From Neophaeotheca triangularis (Eukaryota), in contig BAAIJX010000003.1 of the NCBI GenBank assembly GCA_054600435.1, forward strand, positions 1 through 64,000: a stretch of DNA of 64,000 bases, in the 5' to 3' direction. Below are positions 1 to 10,324 of this stretch, piece after piece (position 1 is the first letter of the stretch; each line of letters starts with the position of its first letter). A program made the translations under genes and the position numbers. The notes below the pieces were generated by a model, which did no database searches, had not been told where the DNA came from, and was given only the letters and a program-made list of their open reading frames with translations.

Positions 1-120
1 ACCCTAACCCTAACCCTAACCCTAACCCTAACCCTAACCCTAACCCTAACCCTAACCCTAACCCTAACCCTAACCCTAACCCTAACCCTAACCCTAACCC
101 TAACCCTAACCCTAACCCTA
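1..120 (+). repeat. Telomeric repeat (CCCTAA)n, chromosome end
   Basis: About 20 perfect CCCTAA units from base 1; this is the canonical TTAGGG telomere of filamentous ascomycetes. Confidence 0.99.
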
Positions 121-1379
121 TAGATTACTAGAGTAAGGAACACTAAAGAATCTATAGGATCCGAGCTTATCTACCTAGATAGTAGGCCTCTAAGTACTAA
201 CCTACTAAACATATGTCCTACCTATCTTAAGCTAGTATAGGTCTAGTAGCCTTCTACATTTGCCGATTTACGCGATTCTCTCGTAGAGAGCGCTAGCTAG
301 GACACCTTAACGTAGCCCTATAGACCTTATAATAGTATAAAGGTATAGGAAGTAGAGTATATATAGACTAGGGGAGACATATTAGCTGTCCGCGAATTCG
401 TATAGTACTTTAACTATCTTAGTATCGTCTTTAAACTATATAGTACTACCTCGTATAGAGAGAAGCTATGTCTTAGCCTTTATCGACATAAGTTTTAGGA
501 TATAGCTAGAGTTACTTATAGTGTATTTTGCGAAAGGAATTCTATTATAGGAAAGAAAGTCCTTAAGCTACCTATCTAATGTAGAAACTATCCTAGTAAG
601 GTAGTACTTAGTCGAAGAATTATCGCCCTCGCTACCTATTAGTGTAAACCTACTACCTATAGAATACCTACTACCTATAGAATCGAGGAGCTCTTAGTCT
701 AAGGAGGACCGAGGCCTATAGCGAGTAGTAGTATTAGAGCCTATATTACTAGGAGTCCTATATCGGAGAGGGCTATCTAGTAGAGTCTATTATAGCTTAT
801 ATAGGGACTAGAGCTAGAGTAGGGACTAGAGCTATAGAGCTCATAAAGGTATTATGGTACCTAGTATAACACATATATCGAGGCCTTACTCTCTAGTAAT
901 ATAGCTCGGGGTTCTATCGCTATAGGACCTCGAAGTATATATAGCGAACCCTCTAGTAATAGAAGGTCGTTATAGAACGAGAGCCTCTATACTACTCGTA
1001 AGCGCTACATGTCTTAGGGATTAAGGCTCGCTATATAGTTATGAATGTTAAGTCTCTAGGCTAGCTATAGGGGAAGAAAATCCTTTAGGGATAGTAATAG
1101 TAGGGGTCCTAGTAAGGAATCTATTAACTAATATACATAGTACTATACCCTTCTATTTTCCCCTATCGATAGTAAGCTAGGCTTCCTCTACTAGTCTATA
1201 TATATGTCCTTTATTAGCTTCTACCTTATCCTTATATACCTTTATCGTCTTCTCCTTCCCCTATTCGCTATATTAGAGCTTCTTAGCGAACTAGCCCATT
1301 ACTATGTTAAAGTCCTATAGGATCACTTCTATGTCTCCTTAGATACCTTATCTAGGTCAGATTTTACATCTATAGAGTG

Positions 1380-1917
1380 TCTCGTTAACTTTATACACTA
1401 TCTATCTATATAGTAGTCCTATAGTAGCGTATTTCGAAAGGGTCTTACTAGAGTTCTTGCGTTAGAGTATACATATAACTATAGGTATGTTCTCTAAGCT
1501 ACCCTAGGCTTTAATGTAGTTCTTATAGTATCCTATAAGGTTATCGCGCTACTTAGTACCCTCCTTATATATCTTCGCTACCTTTAGGTACTTTACTACT
1601 AGTGTCCTCTCGTCCTTAATGCCTTAAAAGGAGCGCTAGAGAAGGTATTCTCCTACTAAGTATACTATATCCTCTATAGTATCTATTAACTACTCGTATT
1701 ACTCTACTACATATTCGTATACTAATCTATCTACCTCTAGGTCTATGATATAGTTAAGAGCTTATAAATACTCTACCTAGCTATTTAGAACTTGTTTTAC
1801 CTATTTAAAGAGGCTATTACTAATAGCGCGTACTACTATAAGGTGAAACTTCTAGAGTACGCTGCCTACATTTATAGCTAATAGGAGTACTTCGTTTATA
1901 TCGCTAGATAGACTCAT
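1380..1917 (-). pseudogene. RIP-inactivated ORF of unknown type pointing toward the telomere (read 1917 to ~1380; may extend further)
   Basis: The minus frame from ATG at 1917 (MSLSSDINEVLLL...) is broken only by TAG/TAA stops, as expected from RIP of CAG/CAA/TGG; no TGA over about 180 codons. Confidence 0.5.
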
Positions 1918-1984
1918 ATTATTAGTACTAGTGGCGTTTGTAGCTCACTACGGTTAGCGTAGGGCGTACTCATGTCTCTAGTTA

Positions 1985-2445
1985 GTATAGTTAGTTATGA
2001 AGTTAAGGTTATTAATAGAGGTTATAGAGTTAGGGTCATTAGTAGAGGTTATAGAGTTAGTATTAGCTATAGAGGTTATAGAGTTAGTGTTAGTAGCTAA
2101 GGTTATAGAGTTAGTGTTATTAGTAGAGATGTTATAGGTAATAAAGGTAGTAAAGGTAGTAAAGGTAGTAAAGGTAGTAAAGGTAGTAGAGGTAGTAGAG
2201 GTAGTAGAGGGAGGTGTTATCTACTAATGTGTTATCTACGAATACATAAAGTGAAGATAAATGCTACTAGTATATAAAAGTAAAGGTAAATGCTATAATG
2301 AATAAAGTGAAGATGAATACTACTAGTATGTAAAAGTAAAGGTGAATACTATAATGTATAAAGTAAAGGTAAACGCTATAATGTGTATATAAAGGTAAAT
2401 ACTACTAGCTAATAAATACATAAAGTGAAGGTAAATATAGAAAGC
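1985..2445. repeat. Degenerate tandem arrays (AGAGGTTATAGAGTTAG-type; A(A/G)AGGTAGT 9-mer; AAAGTGAAGGTAAATGCTA-type)
   Basis: Directly visible units, e.g. aaaggtagt x5 followed by agaggtagt x3 at ~2143-2210. Confidence 0.8.
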
Positions 2446-2663
2446 GAATATAGATGTTCATATATAATAGGGAGTACTTATAGTAATAGTATAGGACATC
2501 CCTTACTTCCTATCTCTTACTTCTCATGTCTCGCTACTACATCCCTTACTCCTTATATCTCGTCGCTATTATTTATAGTAGCTTCCCTCTACCTAGTAAC
2601 TATATCTACTTTGTCTTTAGCGTGAATACTAGGTTTTTAATGCTAGATTTTCAACATACCTAT

Positions 2664-3017
2664 TATCGAGTAGCGTAAGTACTCGAGAAGCTAGGAGACT
2701 AGTTTTACTTAGGGAGGTATTATTTATAGTAGTTATAAACAATATAGTAGGATTAGGAATAAGGTATAGTAGGGAATTAGGGATTATTCGTAGTAGTTAC
2801 GAATAATGTAATAGGATTAGAAATCAGTTAAGTCTGTTATAGTAGATAGAGGCTACTTCAATTAGTCATAAATCATTCTATATATGTCTATCTAGATAGA
2901 TATCTAAGATATAAGTACTAGTGTTAGGGAAGGTATAAGTATATGAAGGGAGTAATGATAAAGTAAATACTATAAAACAAACACGTCTATTAATGTAGTA
3001 TAGGAGTCACTATAATA
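2664..3017 (-). mobile_element. Solo LTR (RIP-mutated), inverted copy of 25412-25768
   Basis: Reverse-complement match to 25412-25768 (e.g. tcgagtagcgtaagtactcgagaagc); termini are RIP-altered TGTCG...CGACA. Confidence 0.8.
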
Positions 3018-3104
3018 ATAGTAGTACTAGACGCTAGTAGTGTTAATGTAAGGAGTGTCCTATATAGCGCTTAGTATATAGATAGGTAAAGTGTAATAAT
3101 ACTA

Positions 3105-3200
3105 AAGTGCTAAGGTTAGAAGTACTAAGGTTAGAAGTACTAAGGTTAGAAGTACTAAGGTTAGAAGTGCTAAGGTTAGAAGTGCTAAGGTTAGAAGTAC
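3105..3200. repeat. 15-bp tandem repeat AAGT(A/G)CTAAGGTTAG x6
   Basis: Six consecutive near-identical units. Confidence 0.9.
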
Positions 3201-3629
3201 TACTACTTAGTAGATCTCCCTAGTTATAATACATCTCCCTAGTAGTGAAGGAAGAGAGTAGTCCCTAAAGTCGCTACTTAGCTATACTTATATTAAGAAC
3301 ACTACTTCTTTTCGAAAATCTATTTCTCGATAGTCTATAGTTTAAATGTCCTAAAATTGATTTTTGACTATAGAATTAATTCATAGTCTAAATTGTGAAA
3401 TTATAGGGAAGATCTAAGGTACTAGTAAATAGCAAATTGCTACCTCTTTCTAAATTAAACTGCCCCCTTAGTCAAAATTTGGCGCTAAAATCCTCACCTA
3501 TTTTAAATCAAATTGCCGCAATTTGGTCGTGGCATTATAGTTAGAGTAGGCTACATGTATCTCTTATCAGACTCTATAGCTCTAAACGGGAGACTCTATC
3601 TCGGCTGGCTCGGCTAGCGAGCCTTGAAA

Positions 3630-3656
3630 CGCCGATAAACATTTGATCGGCGACTA
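3630..3656 (+). promoter_or_regulatory. Candidate Zn2Cys6 binding site: inverted repeat CGCCGAT-N9-ATCGGCG containing the shared ATCGGCGACTA motif
   Basis: About 290 bp upstream of the PDO ATG; the same 11-mer recurs at 6781-6791 (minus) and 9157-9167. Confidence 0.55.
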
Positions 3657-3939
3657 TATGTATGTATCGTGAAGCCCGATGTTTCGGTAGCAACTCCGTT
3701 GATCAACACAATGTCAGCAGTCTAGAGCTATCCAGGCTTCGCTACCGTTAAGCATGAGGAGCAATGTGAAGATTACAAAACGCTGTGTCTGCTGCCCCTT
3801 AACGACTAGCGCTCACCAAGTTTTACTCATACTATTGATCAGCCTTATCCACATTACCACCATCATCATTATCATCACCCATTCACCAAACCGGAGCACA
3901 ACATCTATTACCCGACCTTGAAAATCCGCTATCGAAACC

Positions 3940-4899
3940 ATGTCACCGACAGCCACTATCGACAGCGTACACCACCCGGCAACGGGAACGTGGCAGTACC
4001 TCGTCGCCGACCCCAACACATACGACGCTGTCATCATCGACCCGGTCCTCGACTTCGACGTAGCCACGCAGACCATCACCACAGCAAATGCCGAAAACTT
4101 GGTCTCAACGATCAAAGCAAAGGGCTACAACATCGTTCGCATTCTCGAAACACACGCCCATGCAGACCACTTAACCGCATCCGCGTATCTCCAGCAAGTC
4201 CTGGGCAGCATTCAAGGCTCCAAGCCGCCCATCTGCATCGGCAAGCGCATCACCGAGGTCCAGAAGACCTTTGGAGAGAAGTACGGTGTGCCGGCCAGTG
4301 AACTAGAAAATGCCTTCGACCATCTCCTCGAAGACGACGAGACCTTTCAGATCGGAGACATCCAGGCGAAGGTGGTGCATCTCCCCGGCCACACGCCCGA
4401 CCACGTCGGCTACATGATCGGAGGTGAGTTTCCGCAAACAGCAACATTCACAAATCCATTGAATCACACCCACTGATACCACCCAACAGACAATATATTC
4501 TGCGGCGACTCCGTCTTCAACGCCGACCTCGGCGTCGCGCGCTGCGACTTCCCCGGCGGCAGCGCCAAAGCTCTCTATCAGTCCACCCGTAAACTGCTCA
4601 GCCTGCCAGACCACGTCAAGATCTGGACCGGTCACGATTACCCCTCGGCCACCCGTAAGGAACCCGTACCGTTCATGAGCGTCGCGGAGCAAAGAGAGCG
4701 CAACGGCTACCTTCAGGACGAGTTGACAGAGGAGGGTTTCTTGGAGAAGCGCACGCAACGCGACTCCAGCCTCAACGAGCCCAAACTGCTGCACCAGTCT
4801 TTGCAGGTCAACATCCGCGGCGGCCGCCTGTCCAAGCCGTCATCTGAAGGGCAGCGGTTCCTCACGCTTCCGTTGCTAGTTGGCTGTGCCAAGTGGTAG
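3940..4899 (+). CDS. Persulfide (sulfur) dioxygenase-like metallo-beta-lactamase, ETHE1/SdoA/Blh type; intron 4424-4489
   Basis: Motifs TWQYLVAD, IIDPVLD, ETHAHADH and PGHTPDH; after a GT..CTGAT..CAG intron come NIFCGDS, GVARCDFPGG, GHDY and QVNIRGG. Splicing joins ORFs 3940 and 4675 in frame. Confidence 0.9.
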
Positions 4900-5679
4900 G
4901 GTGTTTTGGGTGCGATTAGTGTTGCAGAAATGGTGTTGCGACTTTTTTTTTCCGGGACATGTGTCGGAGTTGTGGATAGATTTGTTACACGAAATGCTTT
5001 TGCTGAATATCTTTCTCCAATTTGATAGGTTCTCGGCTGAATTTGATGATGAATGAAGAGCGATCTCAATGGCCAACCCTTTTCGGCCTCGCAACCTAAT
5101 CCCAACTCTGACCCGTATCATATTACTATGGATCTATCGTTTGAGATACAATTTCTATTAAGCCCACGATATCAACTAGCAGTGTTTGCGTGTACAATAA
5201 TAACTCCTTTCTAGCAGATAATTGAGAAGTATTCTGCATTTATACTACAGGTGGGATAGATTTCAGGTGTTCGAGACGTTTGCATTCATAGCAAGGTTAC
5301 AGTTTGTACTCGCGAGTCTCTGTCAAGCCGAAGTACTACTTACTACATATAATTTTTGAGCCGCCATTTCTTAGCTAACAAGCATCTGCAATTTGGTGAT
5401 TATTGTCAATGTATTAAAGCGTACGTAGCTGGGCAAAACCGGAGGTAATCACAAAGACCGTTTCTCCCGAAAGATCAAGCCGACGGCATATGAAAGAGAC
5501 GGCGAACACACAAAAGGGGCAACGGAGGCCCTCGTACCAGGTCTATCTTGTTGAACGTACATGGAGAAAAAGAAAAGAAAACCGATATATCGAACCACCC
5601 TGATGTCCAGCACTAATAGTCCAACGCCCAAAAGAAAAAAGAAAAGGTGTGAAAAGGGAAAAAAGAGAAATCATTACAA

Positions 5680-6564
5680 TCATGCGAATAGACTCCCCAA
5701 TCGCTCTTTCCACCCAACAGGCTTGGGCATGGCTTGTTGCGTGACAACGCGCATGCCCGCGAGGAAGTCCGACTCACTCGACTTTGCGTGCTTGTTCGCT
5801 GCCGTACATTGCGCCAATGTGTCGCAAGGCAGGGCTTCGCCACTGACATGTCGCCTCTCCCACCAAACACGGGTGTCGCCCGGAAGCGCCAACACGCGCT
5901 GCATCGAAGTAAACGCATCGAGGAAGCTGACGGTGTCTTCTGACGCTCCTGGGGTGGAGTGGGTGTTGTTGACGCCCTCGTCGAGGATGTCCTCGGCCAG
6001 AGTTGCGATTGAATGAGCGCCGAAAAGGTCTTTGCCGACGAGGTACGCGCGGCGATGTGGCGAGCCGAAGCCGGGCATGTGCAAGGTCGTCAGGGAAAGC
6101 CAGCCCAGCGTCACGCTCTCGCCATCGCGAAGGCCAGCGCGGATGGTTGTTGAGAAGGTACTACCGGCGCCGTGCTTACGCTGCCACTGAACTTCCAAAC
6201 CAGAGACGGTGGCTTCATTGCATAGCTGCGGCGGCCATCCTTGATATATAGAAAACTGCATCCGGAGGTACCAGACAGCGGACAGACATTGCGAGCCAAA
6301 GACGTTTGTTTCGAGAATGTAGTCGACGACGTAGCTGTGTTGTTTGACCAGGCTTACGATGGCGTCGGCTGCTTTGGTCGCCATTGCAGCTTGGTCGACG
6401 CAGCGGTCACGGACGGGGTCGAGCACTATGCAGTGCCCGGTGGTGCGATCTGCTACAACGTACTGCCATGTTTGTGTTGATGGGGAGTAGATGTTGTGGA
6501 TGATTGGTGATGCGTCGAAAGCTGCTGTTGGGGGCGGTCCTGAGAAAGCAGGTGAAGCTGCCAT
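5680..6564 (-). CDS. Degenerate PDO-like metallo-beta-lactamase paralog lacking the metal ligands (pseudoenzyme)
   Basis: Intact 294-aa ORF from ATG 6564 (the ORF-track start is TTG). N-terminus TWQYVVAD...VLDPV...YILET matches the neighbouring PDO, but HAHADH is NVFGSQC, HTPDH is FGSPH, GDS is AHS and GHDY is absent. Confidence 0.8.
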   Translation of the reverse strand: MAASPAFSGPPPTAAFDASPIIHNIYSPSTQTWQYVVADRTTGHCIVLDPVRDRCVDQAAMATKAADAIVSLVKQHSYVVDYILETNVFGSQCLSAVWYLRMQFSIYQGWPPQLCNEATVSGLEVQWQRKHGAGSTFSTTIRAGLRDGESVTLGWLSLTTLHMPGFGSPHRRAYLVGKDLFGAHSIATLAEDILDEGVNNTHSTPGASEDTVSFLDAFTSMQRVLALPGDTRVWWERRHVSGEALPCDTLAQCTAANKHAKSSESDFLAGMRVVTQQAMPKPVGWKERLGSLFA

Positions 6565-6779
6565 TGTGGGGGAGAGACCGAGGATTGTTGATATTGCATG
6601 TAGCCAGCGTGAGATGTACAATTGTGTTTGCGAGTGCTGCCGGAGAACGTTCTGGCCAGGAGTTTCGAATGTGATAATAATACAGCAATAGCCTCAAACC
6701 AGCTGGATAAGAATGGAAGTCATGTCACTTTGCCTAAGGGTCAGAATGCCGCTTTCTTGCATTTCTTTAAATGCCGAAG

Positions 6780-6792
6780 GTAGTCGCCGATG
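6780..6792 (-). promoter_or_regulatory. Shared cluster promoter motif CATCGGCGACTAC
   Basis: About 220 bp upstream of the 6564 ATG; 13/13 identical to 9156-9168. Confidence 0.55.
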
Positions 6793-7154
6793 ATCCCTTG
6801 CTGGGGTTACGCAAGACACGACACAGCCGGATCGCTACATGTGATAGTGTCCGATCTTGGTACGGGAGCTTAAATTAGAAAACACTTTGGTGAGCAAAGG
6901 CTGACTTTGGGGAATTACTCTCTCACCGGTGAGATCGCTTTTGGATGTAGAAGCCGAGGATATCACCACAAGGAATGATTTGCACCAGCAAGAGGCAGGC
7001 ATTAGTTGATAGTGGAATTCTCTCACTGGTGCAGTCATCATTTGAATTTACTGAAGCCAATGACACTGCTATAGATAGCGACTCGCAACAACGAGAGACT
7101 AGCATCGAAGAATGCTTCTCTTACTCACACGGTCGCTTTTTGGATGTATTGAAG

Positions 7155-8969
7155 CTAATTTATCTCCCCAGCGAGATGCTGGACATCGAAGAAATTGTTC
7201 TGCATGTTATCCATCGAGAACAAGTCAAACCAGAGAGGATTGCTCGCACCCTCGCCATCGTCCATGGCGCTGTCCAGAAATGAACGAGCTTGCGAAGACG
7301 TGGCACCATCGTCACTGCCTGCAGAGAATACAGTTTCCGCCACAGTCTTCAGACAACGCACCGCGTTCTGGGCTAGAACCCATGTCTCTCCCATCCGCTG
7401 CAATGCGCCAAGCATCAAGACAACTCTATCACGGTGCTGTTGCAGACAATCGAGCCCGCATTGGTGTAAATGAATCGATCCCGCTGCGAGTTGGATGATG
7501 CAGCCTAGTACCAAGCCGCAAACGAAGAAAGGCGAATGTCGTTCCAATGGCCATGGTATGGTGGCAAGGTTCGACAAATTCTTGGAAGCGGCAATCGCTT
7601 TGATGGTATGATGTCTGGATGTCGGGGCTATTTGTGTGTATCCTCTGGCGCAGGCAATATCGTCTGCGGTCGGCACAGTATCAGGTAGTGCAGACCGCGG
7701 AAAGTGCAAAAATATGCTTGCAAATGAGATGAAGCAGCGAGCTTGGAACAGCATCAGGTCGACCTCACCAGACGGACCGACGACGTCTGTGAACAGAGGC
7801 GGTAGGTTGTATTCCCAGCTGGCTATTGCGTTGTCCAGAGATTGAATACTGTCCTGGCTTGCGTCACGTGTAGCAGCGAGGGCCGAGACTCGACCGGCAA
7901 TGCGGATTGCATCTATGCGGAAACACAGAGACGAAAAGTTATTACGCTGGTCTATGGAGAAGACCCTGTTCTCAAAGGCCCGGAGAGAGGGGGGATCGGG
8001 ATCACATTGGCCTTCTTCATACACGCTTTGCGCACACGGCAACAATGGAAGCGGATTTGCGCCGGCAGTTGCTAAGGTAGGATTCCGGTGGATCGCTGAG
8101 ATGTACACATCCACAGTGTATAGTTCCCACCAGGTTCTTCGGAGGCTTTCTTCAACCAATGCCGAGTTCGCCGCATTAGTACGGGCAAAAGACGGTTCGT
8201 TCATTCCCAGCTGAATGGCGATGTTGGCGGCACGTGTGATACACAACACAGCCTCCTTAGGTTGCTGGAGGGAGTGCAGAAATATGGCGTAAAGAACCAG
8301 CGCTTGAACACGATATGGCGTCTGCTCGTCGATACTGGACATGGCAGAATGTGTGGCACTTCGAAAGGCGACAGCGTCGGCCAAAGGCGTTGTAAAGTTA
8401 TGTCCGACAAGGCAGACCATCAGGTCGAGATAGTAAGGGTAATTTTGGGTATGGTAGAACGAGCTCGGTACCAGAAACGGATGAGCAGGGTAGAAGTTGG
8501 TATAAAAGAGAGCGACCAACCGCTCACGGTCGGCGGTGTTGAGTGACCAGGTATATGGGGCGGCTGGGGTCAGACATTGCAAAGATGGCAGGTTGTGGTG
8601 ATCGAGCGACTGCATTGTGTTGACGAGTGGTGAGGCCAGATTGGTGCGGACAGGGTCAATTGTGGTGGCGGCGGGTTGGCTGTCTACAACGTTTCCATTG
8701 TTGTTGCTGTTCCCGTTAAGATTGTCGTTATTGTTGTTATTGTCGCTCTCGTTGGCAGAGTGGTTTGTGTTTGTCGGCATTCCATTACGTTTGCTGCGGC
8801 GGGCACGACCTCGGCGCGAGGCCGTGTACACACACGTGAGGCCTTCCTGGACGCAACGGCGACATATAGGTGAGGAGCCATCGCATTTGAGGTGTTTGCG
8901 GCGGCATTCATCGCATGCCAGGGGTGCCGGGCGATGCGCGCCTGTGCGTGGCGACGATGCGCTGCTCAT
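7155..8969 (-). CDS. Zn(II)2Cys6 transcription factor with fungal-specific middle homology region
   Basis: ACDECRRKHLKCDGSSPICRRCVQEGLTC Zn cluster; FYPAHPFL and EESLRRTWWELY middle-region motifs; likely ATG at 8969. Confidence 0.93.
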   Translation of the reverse strand: MSSASSPRTGAHRPAPLACDECRRKHLKCDGSSPICRRCVQEGLTCVYTASRRGRARRSKRNGMPTNTNHSANESDNNNNNDNLNGNSNNNGNVVDSQPAATTIDPVRTNLASPLVNTMQSLDHHNLPSLQCLTPAAPYTWSLNTADRERLVALFYTNFYPAHPFLVPSSFYHTQNYPYYLDLMVCLVGHNFTTPLADAVAFRSATHSAMSSIDEQTPYRVQALVLYAIFLHSLQQPKEAVLCITRAANIAIQLGMNEPSFARTNAANSALVEESLRRTWWELYTVDVYISAIHRNPTLATAGANPLPLLPCAQSVYEEGQCDPDPPSLRAFENRVFSIDQRNNFSSLCFRIDAIRIAGRVSALAATRDASQDSIQSLDNAIASWEYNLPPLFTDVVGPSGEVDLMLFQARCFISFASIFLHFPRSALPDTVPTADDIACARGYTQIAPTSRHHTIKAIAASKNLSNLATIPWPLERHSPFFVCGLVLGCIIQLAAGSIHLHQCGLDCLQQHRDRVVLMLGALQRMGETWVLAQNAVRCLKTVAETVFSAGSDDGATSSQARSFLDSAMDDGEGASNPLWFDLFSMDNMQNNFFDVQHLAGEIN

Positions 8970-9155
8970 CGACTCTACTCTATTGTAAAAGTACCGTAAA
9001 CGGAGTGCTGATGTAATGAAAGTCCGGACACTGATAATGATGCGGATCGGAATGATCGGTAGGGTACTGGTAGATAGGGAGTGGTATAGTGTTTTGGACA
9101 GTATAGGCAAGTATGGGTCCTAGGGATACTGTAGTTTGCCCGCGGCGATTCCCGC

Positions 9156-9168
9156 CATCGGCGACTAC
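9156..9168 (+). promoter_or_regulatory. Shared cluster promoter motif CATCGGCGACTAC in the divergent TF/microprotein promoter
   Basis: Identical to the reverse complement of 6780-6792; an extra CGGCGA lies at 9143. Confidence 0.55.
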
Positions 9169-9376
9169 TTCTGAGTTCAAATTCATCAGGAGACGCTCGA
9201 ACCACAGTGCGAGTAGAATGTGGCACGAGTAGAATGTGGTACGATCTCCCGATGAGACTTAATCTAGAGGTATTCGTCATCCGCATGGTCTGCAACCCCG
9301 TCAACATCAAGTTTTGTCCTCTACGTCCTTCGACCTCATCCAGCAACGACAACCACCCCATCAATCAACAGCAAGC

Positions 9377-9732
9377 ATGTGCAAGAAAGCAACATGTTCC
9401 GAGTGCGGTTAGTACCTACCTATATCCTCTCATCACTCGCACTGCTTTCGCCATCTCACCCCGCGTTACCTCAAGTCAATAACATAACCATGACCTGTAC
9501 TCACTCTGTTCTCGCAGGCAAGCCATCCTGGTGGGGATGTGGAAATGTATCCTCATCACCCTCTGCAAATCTGCCCGATTCAGCCGACGGCAGACAAACA
9601 ACTACTAACACCCTCCACCAGCACATCCCGAGCGTCATGGACTCGGTTCCCGAAAGTGACAGGTGTCAGTGCGGCCCCAAGGTTGAGGTGGACGGGAAAC
9701 AGTACCCTCGCAAAGCCGAAAAGGCAGACTGA
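9377..9732 (+). CDS. 56-aa Cys-rich microprotein; exons 9377-9407, 9518-9546, 9622-9732
   Basis: Introns GTTAGT..CAG (9408-9517) and GTATCC..CTAAC..CAG (9547-9621) splice to MCKKATCSECGKPSWWGCGNHIPSVMDSVPESDRCQCGPKVEVDGKQYPRKAEKAD*. Confidence 0.8.
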
Positions 9733-10324
9733 GAGCGGGTCTCGTGCCTTGAGAGTGAAATTGACGAGGTGATGATTACTATGTACAGGTACGGGTACGG
9801 TGCGTGTGTGATGTTGGCGTTGTTGCGAGCTTCTAGATTGCAAATCAAGTCTTTCGGAACATCTCACGTTGAGCAGCATCTCATTGGAACATCACGTTGA
9901 TGATTCACTTGAGCTACCGAGAACACTATATGCGAAGGCTTAATCTACATGTAGGTAGTGGCATGCTAAGACAGATTAATGTGCAATTCTTCGGTGTCGC
10001 ACTGGAACTAGTGTATGGTTACTCTACACCAGGTACTGTACCAGAGTCGCTAATGCTACCACATGTGGAAGCTTGACCCAGTGAAGCGGAGAATCTATTA
10101 TTTTGTAGTTCACTAGCATCTCACTACCACTCCCCACGATTGTAATGTGCGAGAGTCGCCGGTCCCACTAGAAACTCCATGTATTTCATCGCGCGCGCTC
10201 TGAGCCGCCACCCATAAAAATCTCGTAACATACGAATCGTCTTTCACAATATGCCCCAACGTCCGGACCCAAGCATTGCTCTCAAGGAAGAAAAAACCGA
10301 TTAAGCATGCATTGGTCTTATGGT

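Larger units (their letters stand above)
121..3550. repeat. RIP-degraded AT-rich subtelomeric repeat region
   Basis: Strong TpA excess, CpA/TpG depletion, no intact long ORF, several short tandem arrays. Confidence 0.9.

Noticed and set aside
2425..2625. 66-aa ORF in the subtelomere
   Set aside because: GTG start, RIP-type composition, no motif; a chance frame.
3105..3200. Regular short repeats as a CRISPR array or interstitial telomere
   Set aside because: Eukaryotic DNA, contiguous units without spacers, and only a partial GGTTAG match.
9379..9732. 117-aa ORF as listed in the ORF track
   Set aside because: It starts at a GTG and reads through two introns; the spliced 56-aa model from ATG 9377 fits better.
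10154..10161. AGTCGCCG partial copy of the shared promoter motif
   Set aside because: Only 8 bp and located between convergent 3' ends, so not counted as a promoter site.
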